DNA from: a bacterium
GTDB lineage: Bacteria; SAR324; XYD2-FULL-50-16
Length of the DNA stretch: 64,000 nucleotides
Assembly: GCA_032250835.1 (NCBI GenBank)
Contig: JAVVEA010000001.1
Location: forward strand, 384,001 to 448,000
Direction: 5' to 3'
Shown: piece after piece, positions 37,898 to 53,011 of the stretch
How the letters are laid out: every line of letters begins with the position of its first letter
Position numbering within the stretch: the first letter of the stretch is position 1
Position numbers and translations under genes: made by a program
The notes under the pieces: model-generated
What the model was told of the DNA's origin: nothing
The model's input: only the letters and a program-made list of their open reading frames with translations
Database searches by the model: none

Positions 37898-40435
37898 ATG
37901 AAGTCTACCGGAACCGACCTTCCCGCGCAGTTTATCGCTTTACTCGAGGGCCTTTCTAAGGGCGGCGAACTACCCCCTAGCAAAGGCCATCCGCTGGCCG
38001 AGGTGATCCAAGCCCTTTCGCGCTGGGCCCCGAGCGAACAAAAATACAAACACATCTTCGAAAATATCCAGGATATTTACCTTGAGGTGGATTTCGCTGG
38101 CCAAATCTTAGAAATCAGCCCTTCGGTCAACACCTACCTCGGGTTTACCCCCGCCGCACTGATCGGAACCCCGGTGGAGTCCCTCTTTGCCGATGATCAA
38201 GAGCGTGACCGGCTCACCGAATGGATCAAGCGCAACGAGCGGATTTCTGATTACGAGATTGAGTTGCGCGACCGCACCGGGCGCGCCTGCCTCTATTCCA
38301 TGAGCGCTAGCTTGCTGCGGGACTCCAAAGGCGAACCGATCGGTATCGGCGGCCTGCTCCGCTGCGCCGAAGCGCGCCGGGAGTATGAGGAACTGCAACG
38401 CCAAAAAGTAATCGCCGAGGCTTCGAGTGCCGCAAAAACGGAGTTCTTGGCCAACATGAGCCACGAAATCCGCACGCCCCTAAACGCCATCATCGGGATG
38501 ACCGAGTTGGGACTCGAAACGCGTCTGACCGAAGAACAGGTGGAGGTCTTTGAGACCATCAGCCAAGAGGCGACCAACCTGATGGACATTGTAGACGGTA
38601 TTTTGGACCTCTCGAAGGTAGAGGCTGGAAAATACGAATTAGACCCCATCCCCTTCGAAATGCGCTTGGTGATTGAGGAACTGGGCAAAGCCTATGGACG
38701 CCGGGCCCAAAAGAAGGGCTTAGAGTTCATTTCATACCTTTCGCCCGACCTCCCGTCGCGCCTGATCGGCGACCCTGTCAAACTACGCCAAATCTTAAAC
38801 AACCTGATCGGAAACGCCTTTAAATTCACCCACGAAGGGGAGATTCTGGTCCATGGGAAATTGGTCGAAGACCGAGGCGACTGGGTCAAGGTCCGCTTCG
38901 AAGTGCGCGACACCGGGATCGGCATCGCCCCGGACAAGCTAGAACAAATCTGGCTAAGCTTTACCCAAGCCGACAGCAGCATGACCCGCAAGTACGGCGG
39001 GACCGGTCTGGGCACTACCATTGCGCGCGAATTTGTGCAGATGATGGATGGAGAAATCGGGGCAGACAGCGAATTAGGCAAAGGCAGCCGTTTTTGGTTT
39101 GAGGTCATCTTAAAGAAGCAGCCCAAAGAAGAACGGCTCGAAGAAAAGCCCCAAGTGGAGTTAAAGGGGCTGCGGGCCCTAGTCGTTGACGACCGAGACG
39201 CTAACCGGCATGTGGTGATGGGGTATCTGCGCTTTTGGGGCGTTGAGGTGGTAGGCGCGGCGAGCGGCGAAGAAGCTTTGGGATACCTAGGTAAGCTCGA
39301 TAACGCCCAAGCAAACCCCGACTTGATGGTGGTCGACATCCAGATGCCGGGCATGGATGGCTTTGCGCTCGCGCGCCGGATCAGGGCTATGCCGACCTAT
39401 AGCCAAACGCCCCTGTTGGTCACCACCACAGCGGGCATGAAAGGCGACGCCCGCAAATGCCTAGAAATCGGCATTGATGGCTACCTCTCCAAACCGATCC
39501 GCAAAGACGACTTATACGAAGCGCTTTGTTCGATTCTTGGGTTCCAGCCCAGAGCGGCCAAAAACTCCGCCCACTTGGTCACCCGGCACACCCTAGCCGA
39601 GGCCCGCCGAAAGGAGGTCCAAGTTTTGTTGGTCGAAGACTATCTGACCAACCAGAAGATCGCCCTAAAATTCCTCGACAGCGCCCAATACCAAGTCACC
39701 TTGGCCGAGAACGGGGCGGCCGCCGTAGAGGCTTTTAAGCAGCGCCCCTTTAGCGTGATCTTGATGGATGTCCAAATGCCCATTATGGACGGCTTTACCG
39801 CGACCCAAAAGATCCGCGAAATAGAAGCCAAGCTTTCTGAAGAAACCACCGAAACACCCAGGGTGCCTATCGTCGCCATGACCGCACATGCCATGAAAGG
39901 CTACCGGGAAGAATGCCTGGCAGCCGGTATGGATGACTATATCAGCAAGCCGCTGCAACGCCGCGACTTCTTGGCAATTGTAGAGAAATGGGCCAGCGGC
40001 GGTGGGGCCACCAGCAGCCCTGAAGAGCCCGGACCTGAAAGGGAACCGGCCGCTGATTCCACCGAGCAACCGATGGACATTGAAAAGGCCCTGTCGGAAT
40101 TTGAAGGCGACCTTCCGCTCCTCAAAGAGGTCATTGAAGGCTTTTTAGAGATCGCCGCCCACCAGATTGTCCTGTTAGACAAGGCCTTTGGCCAATCGGA
40201 CTTAACAACGCTGGCTTCGGAGGTTCATTCCATTAAAGGCGGTGCGTTGAACCTCACAGCCATAAATTTAGGGCAAGCAGCGGCGGCGCTTGAAAATCTG
40301 GCCCGTTCGGGTACACTTAAAGGTATAGAGGAGGCGCTAGGGTTGGTACGTCGCGAGTATGCCAACCTAAGTTCATTCGCCACGGCCCGTTTGGGCGAAA
40401 TTGGGGGGACCCAACATAGGGGTAAAGATACATGA
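37898..40435 (+). CDS. Cytoplasmic hybrid histidine kinase PAS-HisKA-HATPase-REC-REC-HPt
   Basis: [20 protein letters not shown], two receivers (DIQMP, DVQMP), HPt HSIKGGA. Confidence 0.95.
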   Translation: MKSTGTDLPAQFIALLEGLSKGGELPPSKGHPLAEVIQALSRWAPSEQKYKHIFENIQDIYLEVDFAGQILEISPSVNTYLGFTPAALIGTPVESLFADDQERDRLTEWIKRNERISDYEIELRDRTGRACLYSMSASLLRDSKGEPIGIGGLLRCAEARREYEELQRQKVIAEASSAAKTEFLANMSHEIRTPLNAIIGMTELGLETRLTEEQVEVFETISQEATNLMDIVDGILDLSKVEAGKYELDPIPFEMRLVIEELGKAYGRRAQKKGLEFISYLSPDLPSRLIGDPVKLRQILNNLIGNAFKFTHEGEILVHGKLVEDRGDWVKVRFEVRDTGIGIAPDKLEQIWLSFTQADSSMTRKYGGTGLGTTIAREFVQMMDGEIGADSELGKGSRFWFEVILKKQPKEERLEEKPQVELKGLRALVVDDRDANRHVVMGYLRFWGVEVVGAASGEEALGYLGKLDNAQANPDLMVVDIQMPGMDGFALARRIRAMPTYSQTPLLVTTTAGMKGDARKCLEIGIDGYLSKPIRKDDLYEALCSILGFQPRAAKNSAHLVTRHTLAEARRKEVQVLLVEDYLTNQKIALKFLDSAQYQVTLAENGAAAVEAFKQRPFSVILMDVQMPIMDGFTATQKIREIEAKLSEETTETPRVPIVAMTAHAMKGYREECLAAGMDDYISKPLQRRDFLAIVEKWASGGGATSSPEEPGPEREPAADSTEQPMDIEKALSEFEGDLPLLKEVIEGFLEIAAHQIVLLDKAFGQSDLTTLASEVHSIKGGALNLTAINLGQAAAALENLARSGTLKGIEEALGLVRREYANLSSFATARLGEIGGTQHRGKDT

Positions 40436-40905
40436 TCCGGATCCTGGTGGTTGATGACGAATTGGTCAGCCGCAAAAAGATGGCTAAAATATTAAATGCC
40501 CTGGGTAAGGTCAAAGAAGCCGAAACGGGCAATGGCGCGATCAAAGCCTTTTCTGACGCCATCGACGCCGGGGAACCCTTTGATCTAGTCAGTCTCGACG
40601 TTGGCTTACCGGACCTTAACGGTACGGACCTGTTGGTTGAGCTACGTGACCTTGAAGCTAAGGTGGTTACGCCGGGCTACAAGCCCGTCAAGATCTTGAT
40701 GGTGACCGCCCACTCGGACCGCGACACCGTGCTCACCAGCATCCAAGCCGGTTGTGATGAATATGTAGTTAAGCCCTTCACCTCCGATCTGGTGATGCGC
40801 AAGTTGCGTCAGATCGGCTTTTTAAGTAAAGAGGGGGACCGGTCCAAGGGCTCTAAACCCAACGTAAATCCTCTATTAGATCCCAAAAACAACCCCTGGT
40901 CTTAG
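40432..40905 (+). CDS. Single-domain response regulator
   Basis: [29 protein letters not shown] overlap with the kinase. Confidence 0.92.
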   Translation: MIRILVVDDELVSRKKMAKILNALGKVKEAETGNGAIKAFSDAIDAGEPFDLVSLDVGLPDLNGTDLLVELRDLEAKVVTPGYKPVKILMVTAHSDRDTVLTSIQAGCDEYVVKPFTSDLVMRKLRQIGFLSKEGDRSKGSKPNVNPLLDPKNNPWS

Positions 40906-40907
40906 CC

Positions 40908-41948
40908 TTAAAGTTCCAGCTCCAATCGACCAGCGCGCAGATTCAGCCCCCGCGCCAGTCCAGCGTCCACCTTACCATCCGCCATTTGGATCAAATAGGG
41001 CAAAACCGCCTCGCTCAGCGCGGTAGACGCAGTGCGCGGCACCGCAGCCGGAAGGTTGGTGATCGCCGAGTGCAACACCCCCAACTCTCGGTAAAAGGGT
41101 TCTTTGTGGGTACAGGGGCGAGAGGTGGCAAAACAGCCTCCTTGATCGATAGCAATATCCACCGCCACCGAACCTTCGGGCATCAGCGCCATTTGCTGTT
41201 CGGTCACCACAATCGGGGCGCGCTTACCGGGCAGATAGACCGCCCCGACCAACAGGTCCGCCTTTGGCAACAAGCGCTCTAACAATCCTGGTTGACTGAC
41301 TTCGCAGTGCAGACCCGCTGCCGCCTGATGAGCACGGGCCATCGCTTCGGCAGCCAAATCAATCAGCCAAACTTCGGCGCCCATCTGCCGCGCTAAAACC
41401 GCCGCTTCGGTGCCGGCCACTCCCGCGCCCAAGACCACCACCTTCCCGCTAGAATGGTCCAAGGTACCGCCGAGCAGCGTCCCCCGGCCCCCTTGGGAGC
41501 TATGCAAGAACCTTGCGCCCAACTGCACCGACAACCTCCCGGCCAAAGCCGACATCGGGGCCAAAAGGGGCGTTTTGCGGTCCACCCCCACAGTCTCAAA
41601 GGCATAGCCAGTCAACCCGATCTGGAGCAGCGACTCGGTCAATTTGGGGTTCCCGCCCAAATGCAGGTAACAGAACAAAATATGGTCCCGTCGCAGGAGC
41701 GGTAACTCTTCAGGTTGGGGTTCCTTAACCTTCACCACCAACTCCGCTTTCCCATACAACTCAGCGGCATCGAGAAGGATTTTCACCCCTAAGGAGGCAT
41801 AGTCCTGGTCCTCAAAACCGGCCCCTTGGCCAGCGCCTTGCTCCATCACCACTTGGTGCCCCGCAGCCAGCACCTGCGCGCAGGCAGTCGGGGTCAGGGC
41901 GATGCGGCGTTCGGCGGGTTTTACTTCTTTGGGGATGCCGATGATCAT
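40908..41948 (-). CDS. ald: Alanine dehydrogenase
   Basis: MIIGIPKEVK, VKVKEP, YLHL, LLAPMS, GAGVAG, DIAIDQGGC, NLPAAVPRT. Confidence 0.93.
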   Translation of the reverse strand: MIIGIPKEVKPAERRIALTPTACAQVLAAGHQVVMEQGAGQGAGFEDQDYASLGVKILLDAAELYGKAELVVKVKEPQPEELPLLRRDHILFCYLHLGGNPKLTESLLQIGLTGYAFETVGVDRKTPLLAPMSALAGRLSVQLGARFLHSSQGGRGTLLGGTLDHSSGKVVVLGAGVAGTEAAVLARQMGAEVWLIDLAAEAMARAHQAAAGLHCEVSQPGLLERLLPKADLLVGAVYLPGKRAPIVVTEQQMALMPEGSVAVDIAIDQGGCFATSRPCTHKEPFYRELGVLHSAITNLPAAVPRTASTALSEAVLPYLIQMADGKVDAGLARGLNLRAGRLELEL

Positions 41949-42143
41949 GAAGGTCTCCTAAAAAACAAGGGTTATGTCTAAGAGGGTAGCCGCTAACCTC
42001 CTGACTGCCAAGCAGAATTAACTCAATTCAAAAAACGTAATGTAGCTACCAAAAAGTTCAATTCAGTCCGGTGAGGCTCGCCTTACGCTCAATATGATGT
42101 TAGGCTAAAAAATCCTACTTTTCTAAACAAGATAAGGAAACTT

Positions 42144-43710
42144 ATGCTCAAATCACTAAAAATACGTGCCCGGCTGATCGGTGTCTTCGGGCTGTTGATT
42201 CTATTCATATTGTTAATTGGGGGTATCAATTTATATAACATGAATCATTTGGCGGATTTGACCAACAAAATGTACAAACACCCCTTTGCGGTGAGTAATG
42301 CGGTTTTGAGTATTGAAGTGAATATCCTCTCCATGCACCGGGGAATGAAGGACGTAACCTTAGCCAAGAATCCAGAGGTAGCTAAACAGGCCGCAGCAAC
42401 GGTGGCGGAGGATGAAAAAAAGGTATTGGCGCAATTTGAGATCGTTTACGACCGGTTTTTGGGTGACAAAAAGATGGTCGATGACGCCCACCAAGCCTTT
42501 CTCAACTGGCGTCCGCTCCGTCAGGAGATAATCAAATTGATGGCCCAAGGCAAACGCGAAGAAGCCGTGGCTTTAGAGCATGAAAAAGAAACGGTAATGG
42601 TCGGAGAACTCTACGAAAAGGTAGAAACGCTCAATCAATTTGCCCAAACGAAAGGCGTGGGCTTTTTTAAAATGGCGGTGGAGACGCGGGATCTGGTTTT
42701 TGCGGAGACCCTGGGCCTATTGGTGGTGGTCGTGGGGTTAGCCTTAGTCTTGGCCTTTGTGGTGAGTCGCTCGATCACCGTGCCTTTGGTCCACCTCAAT
42801 GCCGTGATCACGCGCATCGAAGAGCAAGGCGATTTCACGCTACGCGCAGATATAGCAGGCAAGGACGAAGTAGCCCAAAGCGGCCAAGCGCTAGATAAAT
42901 TGCTCGCTACGCTGCAACCGGCGATGCGCAATATCTTAAGCGAAGCTGAAACCCTTTCGGCCGCCGCCGCCCAACTTTCGGCCTCGACCACCGAACTGAG
43001 CCGCACGGCTGATGAAGTCAACGGGGGTATTGAAGGCCAAGCCGCCGCCATCACGCAAGCGAACCAAAACATCATCGAGCTAACCCAGTCGATCCAAGAC
43101 GTCAGTGCCGGAGCGCGCCAAGTGCACCAAGCGGCTGGAGAGGCTGATAAAGCTGCCAGCAACGGCGTATCGGCGATGCAAAACACCAAGGCGGCAATCA
43201 CCAAGATTTCCGAGTCTTCGGGCAAAATTGTGGGGATCATCAATGTGATCACCGAAATCGCCAACCAAACCAACCTACTTAGCCTCAACGCCGCCATCGA
43301 AGCGGCCAAGGCCGGAGAGTCGGGCAAGGGTTTTGCGGTCGTCGCCGACGAGGTACGGGTCTTGGCGGACCGCTCGAATACCCAGGTGGAACAGATCCGA
43401 AACCTGATCGAAATCAGTAGCCAGAACGTGACCGAAGGGACCCAAGTGGTCGAGACCACCGCCGAATATTTAACCCAAATCACCACCCAAGTTCAACAAA
43501 TCGGCCAACAGATCGCTAGTATAGCCGACGAACTAACGGCGCAGGAACAACGGGCCGACGAAGTTTCCAAGGCCACAGAAGAGATCAACGAGATCAGCGA
43601 AACCAACGCCAGCGCCATGAATCAAGTCAGCGTAGCGGTGACAGAAATCGAAAAAACCAGCGAAGAACTCAGCGGCATGGCCGAGAAGCTCAAAGACCTA
43701 GTCCAAGTCT

Positions 43711-43721
<11 letters not shown>
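42144..43721 (+). CDS. Methyl-accepting chemotaxis protein (four-helix-bundle sensor, HAMP)
   Basis: [15 protein letters not shown] (GKDEVAQ), [18 protein letters not shown]. Confidence 0.94.
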
Positions 43722-47394
<3,673 letters not shown>

Positions 47395-47464
47395 AGGGAG
47401 CCTAGTTGGGGTTTCCCCTTTGTAACAAATCGACCTCAAGGCGGAAAGTACCAGCTTAAAAAAC

Positions 47465-47508
47465 AAAAAACCCGTCTCTTCCGTGCAGGCAGAAGAAACG
47501 GGTTTTTT
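47465..47508. terminator. Intrinsic terminator (bidirectional form)
   Basis: AAAAAACCCGTCTCTTC-loop-GAAGAAACGGGTTTTTT, downstream of the FmdB-like gene. Confidence 0.8.
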
Positions 47509-47549
47509 GGGTTCCGAAAGACCAACCTGGTCCTTTAGCAGCCGCCAGC

Positions 47550-47753
47550 TCAGCTGAAGCCAGAGGAACCGCCAAAAGAAGGCGCTGAGCCGCCCGACCC
47601 ACCACCGCCACCAAAGGCGAAGGCACTCACCTCGCGGTGGGTTTCAGCGCTGCCGCATTGGGGGCAATTGAGGGGCGCGTCTTTCTCGTCGCCTTTGCGC
47701 AACTCGGTAAAATCGTCGCCGCAGGCCTTACAATGGTAATCAAACAGAGGCAT
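47550..47753 (-). CDS. FmdB family zinc-ribbon protein
   Basis: MPLFDYHCKACG...CPQCGS...R.VS, Gly/Ser tail. Confidence 0.88.
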   Translation of the reverse strand: MPLFDYHCKACGDDFTELRKGDEKDAPLNCPQCGSAETHREVSAFAFGGGGGSGGSAPSFGGSSGFS

Positions 47754-47901
47754 GGGAGTGATTCATAAAGGTTATGTGAAATAACTATATTCGAATATTA
47801 ATATATGTTAAAGGGCTTGGCAAGACTTTTTTTGCCAGTCTATTCTAACCCAACCCCGACCTAGGGCTTAGGTAGGTGGTGGTGACGCTAAAGGGGGCAG
47901 G

Positions 47902-48381
47902 ATGATCCAGATAAATTCAGGCGGACAGACCGGGGTGGACCGTGGGGCCTTGGATGCGGCTTTAGAGTTGGGCTGGGCGGTCGGCGGATGGTGCCCCCAA
48001 GGCCGCCTGGCCGAAGACGGCCCCATAGAGGCCCGCTACGGGCTCAAGGAGCTACCCGGCGCAGGCTATGCCCAGCGCACGGTTAAAAATGTGGCCGACT
48101 CGCCGGCCACGGTGATCTTACACTTCGGCCCCCTACGCGGCGGGACGGCCTATACCGCCAAAGTGGCACGCCGCTTATCCAAGCCACTTTTATTGCTAGA
48201 CGCCCACAAACTGGATTTAGCTGAGCTGGTCGAAGGGTTTTATGCCTTCCATCTAGAGGTAACCGCCGCCGCTTACAACCTCGCCGGGCCCCGAGCCAGC
48301 AACCAGCCGAGGGCCCATGAGTTGGCGCGGCAGTTGGTCTTGGGCTTTGCGGCCCGCCTCAATACTGAAGACGGCGGCTAG
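47902..48381 (+). CDS. SLOG superfamily YpsA-like (putative molybdenum carrier) protein
   Basis: SGGQTGVDRGALDAA, GGWCPQGRLAEDG, RTVKNVADS, GGT, NLAGPRAS. Confidence 0.85.
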   Translation: MIQINSGGQTGVDRGALDAALELGWAVGGWCPQGRLAEDGPIEARYGLKELPGAGYAQRTVKNVADSPATVILHFGPLRGGTAYTAKVARRLSKPLLLLDAHKLDLAELVEGFYAFHLEVTAAAYNLAGPRASNQPRAHELARQLVLGFAARLNTEDGG

Positions 48382-48452
48382 CCAAGTTTGAATCATTGGC
48401 TTAAACTGGATTGAGGAGGAACAGGACCCCTCTTTTTAACCCCGGAGTCGTT

Positions 48453-48881
48453 ATGTCCCAAATCATTCCTTGCCCCGCTTGCCAAGCAAAAAACCGCGTC
48501 CCCGACGACAAGCCCGCCCAAGCGGGAAAATGCGGCCAATGTAAGTCACCCCTTTTTACGGGCCATCCAGTCAACTTGGACCTCAAAAGCTTTGACGCCG
48601 CTATCGCAGGCGACCTGCCGGTGTTGGTCGACTTTTGGGCCGAATGGTGTGGCCCCTGTAAAATGATGGCACCCGTCTTGGCTGAAGCCGCCCAGACCTT
48701 AGAACCTCGTTTACGCATCGCCAAAGTAGATACCGAAAAGGATCAAATCCTAGCGGCACGCTTTGGCATCCGCAGCATCCCGACCTTGGCCCTCTTTCGC
48801 CGCGGTCAGGAACTCGACCGGATCAGCGGAGCCATGCCGCTAGCCCAATTAAAGGCTTGGCTGGACCAAAAACTAGGCTAA
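48453..48881 (+). CDS. trxC: Thioredoxin 2 with Zn-finger
   Basis: CPAC...CGQC N-terminus, DFWAEWCGPC. ATG 48453 after GGAG. Confidence 0.93.
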   Translation: MSQIIPCPACQAKNRVPDDKPAQAGKCGQCKSPLFTGHPVNLDLKSFDAAIAGDLPVLVDFWAEWCGPCKMMAPVLAEAAQTLEPRLRIAKVDTEKDQILAARFGIRSIPTLALFRRGQELDRISGAMPLAQLKAWLDQKLG

Positions 48882-48988
48882 GCTGCAAACCGCTCTTTGG
48901 GAACTAAACCAAATACTTGTCAATTAATACGGCAAAGGGTATGTTCGTTACCTAATATCTGGCCTTATATCGTTCTTTTCGGTCTTTT

Positions 48989-49828
48989 ATGAAGTGGAAT
49001 GACATCATCACACCGATCGAGCATTTTTCTGCTAAGGAGATGGCGGATTTTATGCGCCAATCACCGCTAGGTAGCTATGAGCTGCTTGATGTGCGCCAGC
49101 CGGCTGAATACGCTGAAGGCCATCTCCCGGGCGCTAGATTGATCCCCTTGGACCAGTTGTTACAGGGCCAGTTCGACTTCGACCCCAGACACACCTTACT
49201 GATCTACTGCCGAGCCGGTAACCGCAGCCTAGCGGCGGCTCAGTACCTAAACCAAATGAACAGCGGTCGGGTGGTCAATTTGGTGGGCGGGATTATGGCC
49301 TGGGAAGACAAGATGGCTACCGGACCCTACGAGCACAACCTCCAGCTCTTTGATCCAGAAACGGAATTTGAAGACGCCCTGTCGTTGGCTTATGCCATGG
49401 AAGAAGGGTTGCGGCGCTTTTATATTTCCTTAGGTGAACGGATAACGGACCCGAAGAGTCAGAAGTTATTAGAGCAACTGGCGGAATTTGAGGAAAACCA
49501 CAAAGCCTCTTTAGATGCCAGCTCCAATTTACCCCAAGGCCCAAAAACCCACCCGTTGCACGGCAAAATTCTAGAAACCGGAAGTCTGGTGGACGAGCTC
49601 TTGGGGCGGGTGGAGTGTTTCATCAACGGCCCGCTGGACGTTTTTGACTTCGCCATGGGGATTGAGGCCCAGGCCTTTGATTTTTATATGCGTCTTAGCT
49701 ACCGCGCCGAAGAAGAAGAATCCTCGCACCTCTTCCGCGACCTAGCCGAAGAAGAGTTAACCCACCTAGACCTGTTGGTCCAAGAAAGTAAGGCATTCCA
49801 CCGCTCAATGAACTCCGGCCTGAACTAA
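48989..49828 (+). CDS. Rhodanese domain fused to ferritin/rubrerythrin-like di-iron domain
   Basis: LLDVRQPAEY..GHLPGA, YCRAGNRS; two E..E(F/L)Y...E..H halves. Confidence 0.85.
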   Translation: MKWNDIITPIEHFSAKEMADFMRQSPLGSYELLDVRQPAEYAEGHLPGARLIPLDQLLQGQFDFDPRHTLLIYCRAGNRSLAAAQYLNQMNSGRVVNLVGGIMAWEDKMATGPYEHNLQLFDPETEFEDALSLAYAMEEGLRRFYISLGERITDPKSQKLLEQLAEFEENHKASLDASSNLPQGPKTHPLHGKILETGSLVDELLGRVECFINGPLDVFDFAMGIEAQAFDFYMRLSYRAEEEESSHLFRDLAEEELTHLDLLVQESKAFHRSMNSGLN

Positions 49829-50562
49829 CGGCGCAGTTGCCCCTTGTGGAATCGCGATTCGGGGATCTCCTGATCAAACAGCAACTCCTCGACCGTAAAC
49901 TCCGTCCCCTGCCCGGATTTAAGTACATCCTTAAAGCGCATCCGCTGGGGGTACCATCCCTTGGTGGTCTGCATGACTTCTAGGGTTTCTAGCACCTTGA
50001 GCAACTTGCCGCTGGCGGCGAAAAGCTCTTGGCGTAGCGGGACGTATCGTTCCTTATCAACCCACAATCGGATTTTCTGGTAGGCTACGTCGGGCACCTG
50101 AGCACTCAGTAGGATGCGGTAGACCGGGCGTCCTTGAATCTCTTCCTCGCCCTCTAAAAGGGCCTCGTACAGCTCCTCTCGGGGGCGTCGCTCCATCATG
50201 TCTTCGTAGCTCATATCGCTGCCCATCACCTCGCGCCGCAGCATATGGCCCGAAATGTTAACCACCCGGTCGGCGCTGGGGTAATAGATCCAAAGCTGAT
50301 CCCCCAGTTTAAGCATCTTGGTGCCCCGCTCGCGGGCCGGGGCTAGATATTCGGTAAAGGATTGGTCTTTGCCTAAGATCCAGCTTTTTGATTCGATGCT
50401 GCGGGTCGCCCGTTTGCCGTGGATCACCATGGTGGAGGTGATCACCTGATTTTTTGAATTCAACGATTGGTCCATCTTGCGGACAATGGACATCGCCTCT
50501 GGTGCGGCCTTTAAGGAGGTAAAGGTAAGGAGCCAAAGACTTAGTAAGATCATTATTTTCAT
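49825..50562 (-). CDS. LolA-like outer membrane lipoprotein-sorting protein
   Basis: Signal peptide, PARERGTKMLK, LWIYYPS, MGSDMSYEDM, SGKLLK. Confidence 0.85.
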   Translation of the reverse strand: MKIMILLSLWLLTFTSLKAAPEAMSIVRKMDQSLNSKNQVITSTMVIHGKRATRSIESKSWILGKDQSFTEYLAPARERGTKMLKLGDQLWIYYPSADRVVNISGHMLRREVMGSDMSYEDMMERRPREELYEALLEGEEEIQGRPVYRILLSAQVPDVAYQKIRLWVDKERYVPLRQELFAASGKLLKVLETLEVMQTTKGWYPQRMRFKDVLKSGQGTEFTVEELLFDQEIPESRFHKGQLRR

Positions 50563-50570
50563 GCCAACTC

Positions 50571-51845
50571 CTATACCTCTAGTTCCACAAACAGGCGGGA
50601 GGTGTCCCGCCGGAAAATCCCCAACCCCGAAACCAACGCCCCCAACAAAGGCGCAGCAATGCCCGGCAGTAACCCGGAAACAAAAGTGGCGGGCACCACC
50701 TGGGCCCGGATGCGGTCCTCAAATAACATGGCCATCTCGCCGGTCATCATCGCAGTGATGTCGATCCCCACCTCTTGCATCCAGTATGCGGGAATCAAGC
50801 CCAGAGCGGTTCCGATCAGGGTACCGCCCAACCCGATCAAAAGGCTTTCTAACAGCAAGGTTCCATAGACCTGCCGCTTTGTTTCACCCATCGCCAAGCG
50901 CACGCCCATCTCCGAATAGCGCCGGATACCGCTCATCAAGCCGGTGTTCCACAAGACAATGCCCATGATCAAAATAAAGATCACATAAACGTAAGTCATC
51001 ACCTGCGCATAGATCGCAAACAGAGATTCCAGGTCGTCTTGTTCTTCGAGCATCAACATCACCGGGCCGTAGGGGTCCGAGTCGCCCGGGTGCTGGGCGT
51101 TGAAGTTGCGCACAAGAGCTTCTGGGCGGTGGTAAAAATAGTTTCCATCACGGTAAAACCCGAAGATTGCGGTCGCACCGTTGCCTAAAGCCAAGAATTC
51201 CTGAGCTCCGCGCAATTCCATCACCAGCGCGCTGCGGTCGAGCGCGATCACGCCAAACCGAAGGGTACCGACCAGTTTAAAATTCCCCACCGCCATACCC
51301 CCGTTGACATCCCCGCCAATTAGGGTGATTGGGTCACCCAACTGAAGGCCCATTTTATCCATAAAAACTTGGGCAATCAGCAGTTCACTGGGACTTTCAG
51401 GCAACCGCCCTGAGGCCAAGGATTTTTTTAAGTTCAACGTCTGGACCTCGCTTCGCGGGCTCAGCAGGTCCACGGCGGTCACCGAAGCGGTCGCCTGGAA
51501 CTTGGTTTCTCCTGCCGCATCGGGCGCATCGAGCAGCGCCCCAAAATAGATGCGTTCGTGCCAACTCATCTGCGGTATCTGTTCCTCAAGCTGGTTTAAC
51601 AAGGGGCCATTGCCCAACAGGGCAAGATCGGGGCTCTGTTGGTTGGCTTTGACTGCCGCTTGGGTCAAGACCTTGACATGTCCGGTGTTAAAGCGGGCCG
51701 TAGAACGGTATAGCCCCCCGACCGCGCCGGTGATGTAGGCCTGCATAAAAACCACCATGGCCACGCCCAAGGAGATCACCAGGAGGGGAAAGAAGCTGCG
51801 GGACCGGTCCCTTAAGAGACCTTTAAATAAAAAACTAAGCATCAT
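50571..51845 (-). CDS. MacB/FtsX-type ABC permease
   Basis: TM, periplasmic loop, 3 TM; NTGLMSGIRRYSEMGVRLAMG. Confidence 0.88.
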   Translation of the reverse strand: MMLSFLFKGLLRDRSRSFFPLLVISLGVAMVVFMQAYITGAVGGLYRSTARFNTGHVKVLTQAAVKANQQSPDLALLGNGPLLNQLEEQIPQMSWHERIYFGALLDAPDAAGETKFQATASVTAVDLLSPRSEVQTLNLKKSLASGRLPESPSELLIAQVFMDKMGLQLGDPITLIGGDVNGGMAVGNFKLVGTLRFGVIALDRSALVMELRGAQEFLALGNGATAIFGFYRDGNYFYHRPEALVRNFNAQHPGDSDPYGPVMLMLEEQDDLESLFAIYAQVMTYVYVIFILIMGIVLWNTGLMSGIRRYSEMGVRLAMGETKRQVYGTLLLESLLIGLGGTLIGTALGLIPAYWMQEVGIDITAMMTGEMAMLFEDRIRAQVVPATFVSGLLPGIAAPLLGALVSGLGIFRRDTSRLFVELEV

Positions 51846-53011
51846 AGCCTCCCACTCAGCGCGTTAGCGGGGCTCATTTTCGCGATCACGCGCACTGGCC
51901 AGAAGCTAACGAAGACCACCATGGCGTTGACCAACAACACCGCGGTTAGAACCTTCCCCCAGCCAAAGAGGGGATAAAAAACCTGCCCAAAGGCCATCCC
52001 GAAGTCCTCACCGCTGATGCCCATATCCAAACCCGTTTGGGTGCTCCAATAAAACAGCGGCCCTGCCCAAACTAGGGTCACCAAGCTGGCCAAGATACCC
52101 TGCAGGGACCCCTCGACCACGAAGAGGTAGGTTACCTTGGCGTTGCTCATGCCTAAGGCCATGAAGGTGCCGATCTCCTTCTTGCGGCGGAAGACCGCCA
52201 AGGCCTGGGTATCGAAAACGGCAATCAGGCCCAAAAGCAGCAACAAAGCAAAGAAGAAACTTTGCCCCGCACTTTTGGTCTGGACCATTTCCAGGGTGTC
52301 GCGCATCAGGTAATCGACGTCGCGAAAAACCCATCCACTCGGAGCCGAAGGGGTAACACCCGGCTTGACCCACAACAGGCTGGTGAAGCTTTGGGTCTGG
52401 TTCATCTGGTTGAGCTTTGAATAACTCAAATATATTTGCCCCTGATCCATAGCGGGCACCTGAGTCTCCAGCAAAGCCACCACCTCCGCGTCCAACGCGT
52501 TGATAGCCCCGGCTTGGGTCCGCCACCGTAGCGTGACGAGGTCGCCGGTGCTGACCCCTAAGTTCTTGGCAAAATGCCTCCCAATCATCACCTTCAAATT
52601 CCCGTCGCTCAGTTCACCCGCAAGGGGTGAAAAATCCAATTCCAGGCAGTTCTGTTCGGGGTCCACCCCCTTCAGCAAAACATTCTTAAACCGTTCCTTA
52701 GCATAGATCCCGCCGGAGAGTAGCAACACCGGGCAGGCCGAGCCTTGGGCGACCAGTGGGCTCAAAGCGGCCGGTTGCAATGAGCGTGAATCCTCTAGGG
52801 TCATGGGATCGAAAGGGTCGTAGCTCTCTTGCCAGAGTTGGCCGCCGCCTATCTCTTCGGCAACGCGCAGGCTGCTCATTTCATCCAGCATACCGGCCAT
52901 GAGCCCCTGCAAGAAGATGATGCTCGCCAGCGTCAAGGAAAGCACAAAAACATTGAGCCAAGTCCGCAGCCCTGCGGCAAAAAGGTTTTTTAGCGCGATC
53001 TTGAATATCAT
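51842..53011 (-). CDS. MacB/FtsX-type ABC permease
   Basis: KIALKNL..., RRKKEIGTFMALG, C-terminal SPANAL. Confidence 0.88.
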   Translation of the reverse strand: MIFKIALKNLFAAGLRTWLNVFVLSLTLASIIFLQGLMAGMLDEMSSLRVAEEIGGGQLWQESYDPFDPMTLEDSRSLQPAALSPLVAQGSACPVLLLSGGIYAKERFKNVLLKGVDPEQNCLELDFSPLAGELSDGNLKVMIGRHFAKNLGVSTGDLVTLRWRTQAGAINALDAEVVALLETQVPAMDQGQIYLSYSKLNQMNQTQSFTSLLWVKPGVTPSAPSGWVFRDVDYLMRDTLEMVQTKSAGQSFFFALLLLLGLIAVFDTQALAVFRRKKEIGTFMALGMSNAKVTYLFVVEGSLQGILASLVTLVWAGPLFYWSTQTGLDMGISGEDFGMAFGQVFYPLFGWGKVLTAVLLVNAMVVFVSFWPVRVIAKMSPANALSGRL

